Shown: positions 54,897-64,000 of the stretch, piece by piece
How positions within the stretch are numbered: the stretch's first letter is position 1
Layout: every line of letters starts with the position of its first letter
NCBI RefSeq assembly: GCF_006345805.1
Contig: NW_021832983.1
Span: 1-64,000 of the forward strand
DNA: 64,000 bases
Reading direction: 5' to 3'
Source of the DNA: Octopus sinensis
Taxonomy: Eukaryota
The notes under the pieces: model-generated
Databases searched by the model: none
Told to the model about the DNA's origin: nothing
Seen by the model: the letters and a program-made list of their open reading frames with translations, nothing else
Made by a program: the position numbers and the translations under genes

Positions 54897-56164
54897 CAGG
54901 CTGTGTAAGGTATTTGGAGACATACCTTTCTTGGGTCATTGCTGCATTTTTTGCTAACTCTATATAATCTTTTTTTCACGAAATAATAATGCCAGGCCCT
55001 CACCATACTCAAGAAATAAAGTGGCATGCTGTTATTTTGGTTATAAAGGCTGAGCATATCGATTTAGAAATATCTTGTGTTTTAATAGTTGTCAGATCTT
55101 TCGTCTACAGAGTTTGTAAGAAGCTAGAGAGTGAAGATGGAAATGTATCTCCAGTATCAGAGCATAAAAATCATTCTAAACGCTCTGAAATCATCAGAAT
55201 ACCTGAATTTATCCAGCAAGTTCAACAGACCATTGGTTACAATCCCAGAAAGTCCATGAGGTCAATTGCAAAAGATCTACATGTGTCAGAAGGAACAGTC
55301 AGAAATTTTATCCATGAAGATATCAGATATAAGTCTTATGTGATAAGGAAAGGTCAATTTATCAGAAAAAGCAAAAGATAATCACTACATCAGATGTAAA
55401 AAGGCCCTTAAATAAACTGAAAACTCCAGCAGAAGAAGATTTGATTTGGCTTTTTTCTTAAACGAGAAAATCTTCGAATAAGATCAAAAAGTTAACAGAA
55501 GAAATGCCAATGGTTATGTGCAGACGTGCAGACTCTTCTGAGCTTCCAAGTGTTATCCATACAAAATTTCCTGCAACTGTCTTGGGTTATTTGGGTTGTC
55601 AGCAAATAAATGACATGTGATGTGTCCTTACTTCTTTCCACAACTTAAATCTATCACCTGCATTGAGATCCTGGATATAATTGTTAAGAACTGGATAGAC
55701 AGCGTATGCAATGGAAGGCCATATATGTTTCAGTAAGACACTGCACTATCAGGCATGGCTCTAGTAACATGTAAGATATCAGTAAAATTTTCATGATCGC
55801 ATAACCCCTAACATCTGGCATCCTAATTCCCCAGATCTCAATTCATGGGACTATTATACGTGGAGCGTTGTTGAGAGAGAAGTTAATAAACACGTCCATA
55901 ACACCAAAGATTCTTTGAAAGCTGCCATAATCAGAGTAATGTCCAAAATGAACCAGGACCACTTGATTCGAGCATGTAGATGATTTAGATCTCATATAGA
56001 AGCAGTTATTGAAGCTGAAGGTGGCTTTATTGAATAAGATTATAGAAAAGAAGGTTTATTTTTATTCTCATAGCATCTTTTGATAAATAAAGTTATTATC
56101 TGTTATTATATATTGTTATTTTTTTACAAACATAAATCGGTCCTCAAATATCTTCCGCCCCCTG
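54897..56164 (+). mobile_element. Decayed Tc1/mariner transposon, DD37D (maT-like)
   Basis: Degenerate ~25-bp TIRs (caggctgtgtaaggtatttggagac / gtcctcaaatatcttccgccccctg); HTH SMRSIAKDLHVSEGTVRN; F.*.EKIF; FQ*D; WHPNSPDLNSWDYYTWS; C-terminal RSHIEAVIEAEGGFIE*. Stops and frameshifts; 37-residue spacing inferred after frameshift repair. Confidence 0.9.
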
Positions 56165-56180
56165 CATACACACACACACT

Positions 56181-56246
<66 letters not shown>

Positions 56247-56261
56247 ACACAGAGACATACA

Positions 56262-56645
56262 TATTGTGGCACTCCGCCGGTTACGACGACGTGGGTTCCA
56301 GTTGATCCGATCAACGGATCAGCCTACTCGTGAAATTAACGTGGAAGTGGCTGAGCACTCCGCAGACATGTGTACCCTTAACGTAGTTCTCGAAGAGATT
56401 CAGTGTGACACAGAGTGTGACAAGGCTGGCCCCTTTGAAATACAGGTACAACAGAAACAGTAAGAAAGAGTGAGAGAAAGCTGAGGAGAAAGAATGTAGC
56501 AGGGTTCGCCACCACCACCCTGCCGGAGCATCGTGGGGCTTTAGGTGCTTTCGCTCAATAAACACTCACAACGCCCGGTCTGGGAATCGAAACCGCGATC
56601 CTACGACCGCGTGTTCGCTGCCCAAACCACTGGGCCATTGCGCCT
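56262..56645 (-). mobile_element. SINE family C, tail type 3
   Basis: Head ggcgcaatggcccagtggtttgggcag..ggtttcgattccc; tail ..gatcaactggaacccacgtcgtcgtaaccggcggagtgcca. Confidence 0.85.
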
Positions 56646-56649
56646 ATAT

Positions 56650-56770
56650 ACATCCTTTCGGGGTCGAAAGATTAAGTACCAGTTACGCACTGGGCTCGAT
56701 GTAATCTACTTAAACCCTTTGTCTGTCCTTGTTTGTCCCCTCGGTGTTTAGCCCCTTGTGGGTAGTAAAC
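56650..56770 (+). mobile_element. SINE family A 3' half
   Basis: catcctttcggggtcga..gccccttgtgggtagtaaa. Confidence 0.8.
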
Positions 56771-57129
56771 AAATATATATACACACACATACACACACAC
56801 ATACACACACACATACACACATACAAACATGTACATACATTCTAACATAAATATGGTTACCACCATCGCAACCACCTCCACTTGCACGCATCCACTATTA
56901 CCATCACAACGTACCCACTACTGCCACCATAACGAACACACTACACCCCACAACACCTCACAACAATAATAACCATCGCCACCGCCTCCACCCCCAGTAC
57001 TTCACCATCTCCGCTATCATGTAGTAATTAAATTCTATTTAGCGTTTTTTAAGTGTAATGGATTTTCAATACGACGTTGGTAAGATTAATGCATATGAAG
57101 ATGCCAAGTTCTGAGTACGTGTAACTGTG

Positions 57130-57193
57130 AGTGTGTGCGTGCGGCCTCTGTGTGTGGTGTGTATGCGAGTAGAAATGTTTGTGTCTCTGCGTA

Positions 57194-57229
<36 letters not shown>

Positions 57230-57282
57230 CATACACATATACACAACACACACACACACACGCACACATATTATATATATAT

Positions 57283-57335
<53 letters not shown>

Positions 57336-57348
57336 TCTGAATATATAT

Positions 57349-57429
<81 letters not shown>

Positions 57430-57562
57430 ACATATGTGTTTGTGTGTCTATATATATATGTATTATATATATAGTTAAATATATGTGTGCAGAATGTATT
57501 TATACACACACTCAAATACATTTACATGTCTATGTGCAATACATGCATATGTATATATATAC

Positions 57563-57616
<54 letters not shown>

Positions 57617-57666
57617 TTATAGTTATATTTATATATATGTATACTATTCATTTATATGAATATATG

Positions 57667-57701
<35 letters not shown>

Positions 57702-57851
57702 GTGCATGTGGCATACATATATATATACATATTTATATGCGTATATATATATAATATATATAAATGATATATATATATGTGTGTGTGGTGTGTATGTGTA
57801 TGTGTGTATGTCTGCGTGTGTTCATATGAATGTATGTTTGACTACGCTTAC

Positions 57852-57890
<39 letters not shown>

Positions 57891-58413
57891 CATATATCTA
57901 TCCGTGTGTGTGTGTATACACACACACAAACACATTCGAAGACGTATACCTACAAAGGTACGCACACGCGCTCTCATGGATATCCGTAGTGCTTTTTAAT
58001 ACAAACGCATTACACCCAATATATACAAAACCAAACACACACATACACACACACACACACATGCAAGAACAAACGCACACATACACACACACACACACAC
58101 ACATATATACAAGAACAAACACACACATGCACAACGTTGTTTACGCATGCGTTTGTGCGCGCGCGCTTTTGTGCCTATATTAAGTAGGATACATGGCACT
58201 GGTGATTCAGAAGATGGATGGCGGGAGATGTGGATGGAGGTAAATGTGATAATATCATTTAGTAATGCTTGTCTCGGAGAATGATGTTGGAAAAGACTGG
58301 CAGCGTGAAGAGAAGAGAGGAATGTGAGAGGAGAGGTAAGGCTGAGAATAGGTAGCGTGTGCAATTAATAGATTAAGGTGAAGGTAGATAGACAGAAAGA
58401 CAGACAGACAGAC

Positions 58414-58458
<45 letters not shown>

Positions 58459-58481
58459 CATACATACATACATACAGAGAC

Positions 58482-58550
<69 letters not shown>

Positions 58551-58560
58551 TTGAATTTTA
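57130..58560. repeat. (TA)/(CA)/(GATA) microsatellite-rich region
   Basis: Direct reading. Confidence 0.9.
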
Positions 58561-58699
58561 TATGTTATATATTTTGTATATATATTAATTAATTTTATTT
58601 CTATGTTTTGGTTATGTTTTTCACTGTTTGATTTGCCTAATAGTAGTTTTATCTCTAATATAATTTATATATATATATATATTATATATAGATATATAT

Positions 58700-59290
58700 A
58701 TATATATATATGCGTATGTGGGTACAGGACGTCACCAAATGTGTAAGCAACATGAAATACGAAACCAAACGAGTTAAATATGCAAACAACGAGAGAGCAA
58801 ACAGAAAACAGGACAAGTAAACACTGAGTACACCCTTCATCAGTTGTCGGTTATCTATCTACTCCTCATTTCGAGGATTCAACGGCAATATGAGTCTTCA
58901 AAAAGAGTTGCTCCCATAAATTCCAAAATAAAATTTAGGATTTATGGGGGGGGTGAAAGATGGGAACAAAAACAGGGCAGTAGAGAGATGCAAGGAAACC
59001 GAACGAAAACAAACGTGGAGGGTCGTTAGACCAGAACGAGAGGAAATTGTAAACGTTGGGAGAAATATATTCTTTGAAAAGAGAAAAGATAGAAGAGAGA
59101 TACAAAAAAACATGCCCGTTCTTTTGAACGTCCGTGCAGGAAAAGAGAGATGCTCAAGTGAGGAAAAGAAAGATGGACGATGGTCACGTGTGGAAAATGA
59201 GAGAGCGAAAAAGAGAAAGCTGGGAGAGAGAGTAATAGAAAACGGTGAAAGGGAAGAAAAACGGAATTAGAGGATAGGGGAAGAAAACAG
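58700..59290 (-). mobile_element. Probable PLE-derived non-coding terminal segment next to (TA)n
   Basis: Pyrimidine-rich UTR-like tract, CTGATGAAGG motif at 58836-58845, terminates at (TA)n like the other PLE ends; no coding support. Confidence 0.35.
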
Positions 59291-59607
59291 TATAGATAGA
59301 GTCGCATCAAAAAGGTTAAGATAAACATACTTAGAAATGGATGCGTAGCGTTCAATTAAATAATAATATAAATGATATATGCATATATATATATATATAC
59401 ATATATATATAAATATTAAAATTACTAAGTCTCTATATATATATAAGAGAGAGAATAAGAGAGACATAGAGATAGACAGGTAAATAAATACATACATACA
59501 TATCTACATACATATATATGTAGGTAAGTAGAGAGAGAAAGAGATGTAGGAGAGTGTAAGAAAGTGGGCGCTTTAATGTGTGTGAAGAGAGACAGAAGGG
59601 AGATCGT

Positions 59608-59691
<84 letters not shown>

Positions 59692-60159
59692 TAGATAGAT
59701 AGATAGATAGATAGGGAGGGAGGGAGGCAGAGAGAGAATGTGTACGTGTTTGTTTACGTACATGTATGTGTGTGAATACGTATGTGCTTATGCGTGTGCG
59801 TGTGCGTGTGTTTGTAAGTTAGATGGAATGAGGGCAAGTCTATGTATCTATATCCATGTGTGCGTATCTGTCTTTGCCCATGTGTGTCAGATACTTTCAC
59901 TTTAACAATAAAAATTAGAGATAATAATAACAATTGAATTATATGTAGTAAGTAATAATTAAAATCAAACTAAAGTATAATATAATCGAAACATAACAAA
60001 AGTAAAAGTAGCAATTGGTATTAAATTGCAGTAATGACTTGAACTTGAATAAGTGGTTTCCCATGAATGGGAATAAATTAAAAATAAAATTAGTGTGTAG
60101 AAATGGAATAGTCCAGATGGAGCTGTGCACATACCGTTTACCACGGTTTTTACATTAGA

Positions 60160-61115
60160 TTATCTGCTAATTAGCTAGCATTAAGTATCTATATGAAGTT
60201 TGGTTGTATGTAATGTCTTTTCTCTCGAACAGCCGCTTCTACTGAGTTGGTTTATATCTTATATCTTTATATCTTTATATCTTTATATCTGTTGGTTTAT
60301 ATCTTATACATAAGGGACTATAGCTTCAACTGCGTACCGCTTTTTGATTCACCGTAAGGTTTGTTGTTATTATTATTATTGTTTAACTATTGTTATCACG
60401 TTTGTTGGTTCCTCGTAAAGGAAACGTTGTTGTGTTGCATTTGTTAAATAATTGTAAACTGTAACCCTCCCCCTTTGGGAGAAGGACCTTTGGTTATTGT
60501 TTAAAAATTGAATTGTGTCCCTGATTGGGGAAATTGACAATATTTTCACCGTTTATACGGAAGCATTTTTGTTAGAATGCCTTCGGTAGAAGAAAGTCTA
60601 AAAATGAATTTCGCTGCAGTTGTCGGCGGGCGCGAACTCATTAAAATTAAAATAGAAGAAATACAAACCTATTTCGGATTGATCACCGGCAAAGACGGTG
60701 AATCTAGGATAACACCACCAAACCAAATAAAAAATTAAATTAAAGAAAAGACTATTGTCTATAAAGTATACAATGTAGAGAGAAAAAAACGATTTGGACA
60801 CCTGGAGGAAAGCACCATTGAAAAGTGTCTTGCTGCGACTATGAAAGATATCTAACCAGAGGCGGTAAATTCTCCACAATAGAAGCAAGCTTCGAGTCAA
60901 CGGAGCGTGCAAGGGAGTACTCGACTCGAACTTTGCAAAGTGGAAATATTTTATTTTTACCTTTATATCTGGGACGTAGAACGTCCCGGATAAAAATTTA
61001 AAATGTCCCCCCAGAAGTAGAGCTAGGCTGGATTGTAGCCACACTTCTATACAAGAGGGAGGACAAGATACAATTGATCGAAATTGCAAGAGACGGGCCT
61101 ACAATTCCAGTCTGT
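60160..61115 (+). mobile_element. Possible LINE 5' UTR + decayed ORF1 (L1/Tx1-like)
   Basis: MPSVEESLKMNFAAVVGGRELIKIKIEE.. then with frameshifts ..LYLGRRTSRIKI*NVPPEVELGWIVATLL, resembling ORF1 RRM-type segments; family assignment uncertain. Confidence 0.4.
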
Positions 61116-61250
61116 TATATATTTTGAGTATTGTTATCACTAGCGATATCAAGATATAACTTTGTATTTTGTATTTTATGTGTAGATGTAGATATATATA
61201 TATAGATGTACATGTAATATGTACACATACATATACACATATATACATGC

Positions 61251-61289
61251 ACTAGCACTATGACCCGGCAACGACGGGTCATAATGCTA

Positions 61290-61291
<2 letters not shown>
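61251..61291. mobile_element. 41-bp palindromic mini-element with Helitron-like ends
   Basis: actagcactatgacccg-gcaacga-cgggtcataatgctagt; 17-bp arms with one mismatch; ends in CTAG-T. Confidence 0.45.
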
Positions 61292-61337
<46 letters not shown>

Positions 61338-61338
<1 letters not shown>

Positions 61339-61502
61339 TACGACGGGCTTCTTTCAGTTTCCTCTACCAAATCCGCTCATAAAGCTTTGGTCGACCCGAG
61401 GCTATAGTAGATGACACTTGCCCAAGGTGCCACGCAGTGGGACTGAACCCGGAACCATGTGGATGATAAGCAAGTTACTTACCACACAGCCACTTCTGCG
61501 AC
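61338..61502 (-). mobile_element. SINE family B head half
   Basis: gacacttgcccaaggtgccacgcagtgggactgaacccggaacc. Confidence 0.85.
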
Positions 61503-61684
61503 TGTAGATTCCTGAAGAGGAGACAATGAAACTGGGATAGCTACGCACAACTTGACCCCAATTAAAGCTCACAAGATGCTATTCCTATCAACTGGGTTAC
61601 TGATAGTGTTGTTGTTGTTGCTGCTACCGTTGTTGTTGTTGTTATTGGTGTCGCTGTTCATTTTGTTGTTATATCTATTGCTTT

Positions 61685-62078
61685 ACTACCCACAAGGGGC
61701 TAAATAGAGAGGGGACAGACAAAGGGATTAAGTCGATTATATCGATCCCAGTGCGTAACTGGTACTTAATTTATCGACCCCGAAAGGATGAAAGGCAAAG
61801 TCGACCTCAGCGGAATTTGAACTCAGAACGTAGCGGCAGACAAAATACATTTTTCTTTATTGCCCACAAGGGGCTAAACACAGAGAGGACAAACAAGACA
61901 GACAAAGGGATTAAGTCGATTATATCGACCCCAGTGCGTAACTGGTACTTATTTAATCGACCCCGAAAGGATGAAAGGCAAAGTCGACCTCGGCGGAATT
62001 TGAACTCAGAACGTAGCGATAGACGAAATACGGCTAAGCATTTCGCCCGAGTGCTAACGATTCTGCCTGCTCACCGCC
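61685..62078 (-). mobile_element. Head-to-tail dimer of SINE family A
   Basis: Two units joined at tail aaagaaaaat-gtattttgtctgccgctacg. Confidence 0.9.
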
Positions 62079-63169
62079 TTTGTTGTTATACCTGTAGTAG
62101 CCGCTGCTTTTATAATTGTTATTGTTGTCATTGTTTTGTTCTTGTCGTTGTCGCTGTTGATGTTGTTGTTGGATGATGCTGTTATTATTATCATCATTAT
62201 TGTTGTTGTTGTTGTTCTTCTCGTCGTCATCGTCATCGTCATCGTCCTTCTTGTTGTCGATGCTGTTGTAAAAATCTTTCCTGATCAATCGTAACGCGAA
62301 TGTCGTGTTTGGTGATAACATTATTATTTTTTTTTTCCCCAGTTCCATAAAGATGTTTTTAAGCTGTTAACTGTTGTATTGTGGAGGTTTAAATAGATCG
62401 TGCTGTGTTTACAAGATTTGCTTTCGTGAGTAAATTGCTGAGGTTTTTTCTTCTTGTTCTTTTATTCATTATATTTTTGTTTTTTGTAAAATATATTCTG
62501 TACGTAACTGTGACGTTGAATAGGAAGATAATAACAGTACATCGTCTGTTTATCATCGTCATTTTTGGCTGCCATTAATATTATTACTATAATTTCTACT
62601 ATATCGTGTATTTATCTGGAGGTTTTGTCAACACATAAATTTAAAAGTAGTTTTGAAAACAACTTACTATTTTTAGTATCGTTGCTTAATAGTCGCTTTC
62701 ACATAAGGTTCATATAATTCTGGGACCCTAACCGACATCGTTCGATTAGTGTTTAAGTTATAGACTCTCATTTTTTGTTGTTGTCATACATAATTTTCCA
62801 GACGTCCTTATCTAGTTTTATCATCCATTTTTAAGACCATAGAGTGTGATTTGAGAGAGAGCTTTGTTGCTATTTCTAGCGGATCGTGGGAGGATCCTTT
62901 GTTGGATCCCAGTAGCAATGGAAGTAATACTACTACTACTAAAATATATGGGAAAATGTCTACCGCTGTGATTAATTGGGTAAGACAAGCCAAAGGCAAA
63001 CAAACCAATGCAAATTTAATTTTGCATCGCAACTCTTATCGGATCTTTTAACAAAGATCTTTTCCCCTTAAGCCATACTGTTTGCATCAAAGTACACAGC
63101 CATAAGATTAGATGGGTTCGAAAGTATAGCATACTCTAACGCGTTCCGTTTTGTTTCTTCCCTATAAAG

Positions 63170-63220
63170 TATGCTGGTTAGACAAAAAATAACATGGGAA
63201 ATCGTTCGATATTTCAATGG
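63170..63220 (+). CDS. Candidate 51-nt exon, phase 2-2 (x-MLVRQKITWEIVRYFN-G)
   Basis: Branch-like tactctaac, polypyrimidine tract, ataaag| acceptor, GG|gtaaga donor; only the phase-2 frame is open. Confidence 0.4.
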
Positions 63221-63807
63221 GTAAGAACGATTGTGCAGAGTTATGTGAATACGTAGAGCCATTTCTGCTGAATGAACTTGACTTAAGCAAGAGGGCTATA
63301 TAGTGAGATTTAACGACGAATATCTTATAGAGATAAAAAATAAATTAGTTAGCAAGGGGCTTGGGGGAAGGGGTCGGTGATGGGTTAGTAGAGTTGTAAT
63401 AGTGCGGATAGAATGTTTTGAGTTAATTGATTCGGTACCGCGCATTCTTAGTTTAAATCCTATAGAAGTCAACCTGTTTGTCATTCTTTCGGAGTCGGTA
63501 GAGTACTAGTCAAGTACTGGAGGTATTACCTCACATTCTGAATCTCTCAGAATTGCCACACACGAGAAAACATCTCTAAAGAAAACATCTTACAATTTTT
63601 TGAAGAAAATTCCAGAAGAAATACACAGTAGTGGCCTTGGAAGTCATCATCGGTCGTTCGTTGATCTGAAAGCGCAAAGAAAAAAATACTGATGTTTCGT
63701 CTAAAAAAACCTACCATAAAAATGAATAAGATCTACAAGAATTTTTTTTCTTATGCAATAAAAACATTGAAAAAAAGTTTGATGTCTTACTATTTGTAAA
63801 ATATAAG

Positions 63808-63892
63808 TTCGCCGTGTAAACTGGTAAAAAAACCTGATGTTTACATTGTAAAAATTCAGAAGCTTCTAGATATATCTAGAAAAATATTCAAG
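63808..63892 (+). CDS. Candidate 85-nt exon, phase 2-0 (SPCKLVKKPDVYIVKIQKLLDISRKIFK)
   Basis: cttactatttgtaaaatataag| acceptor, AAG|gtaagt consensus donor; joins in frame with the 63170 exon. Confidence 0.4.
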
Positions 63893-64000
63893 GTAAGTTT
63901 TCATTAGGCGTGCCATTCAGAAAGTTCTGCGAGCCGCAGTTTGCTCAAGACTGATATAGACACTCGACCTGCTAGAAACAGCAATCAAATCGTTTGGTTT

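Noticed and set aside
58830-58880. Permuted hammerhead (GAAAT ... CTGATGAAGG)
   Set aside because: Stem I cannot be formed; kept only as a probable PLE terminal remnant.
60598-61089. 163-aa minus-strand ORF
   Set aside because: Antisense shadow of the decayed plus-strand ORF1-like sequence; no motif.

Overview
Eukaryotic, AT-rich, microsatellite-saturated, mostly intronic/intergenic DNA. The tRNA-derived SINE families and repeat landscape look like an octopus (coleoid cephalopod) genome; this is recognition from memory, not a database hit. Nearly all long ORFs in the supplied track are translations of simple repeats. The real content is: (1) dozens of copies of three tRNA-headed SINE families; (2) decayed LINE ends (CR1/L2-like, RTE, Dong/R4-like, probable L1/Tx1-like ORF1); (3) a decayed DD37D (maT-type) Tc1/mariner; (4) a dense set of Penelope-like element (PLE) pieces, usually beside (TA)n. 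The PLE set includes a near-complete GC-rich RT+GIY-YIG element, a PLE whose RT is preceded in a near-continuous frame by a Ulp1/C48 (SUMO-protease-like) domain, one fully canonical minimal hammerhead ribozyme (17417-17463, minus), several degenerate hammerheads, and two fold-back palindromes centred on hammerhead-like cores. Host genes appear only as candidate small exons: a minus-strand 3-exon model for an 89-aa secreted Cys/Trp-rich peptide (21.5-23.6 kb) and a phase-compatible plus-strand exon pair at 63.2-63.9 kb. No rRNA, true tRNA gene or CRISPR array is supported. Boundaries of decayed elements are approximate; parts of the window look like indel-prone long-read consensus.
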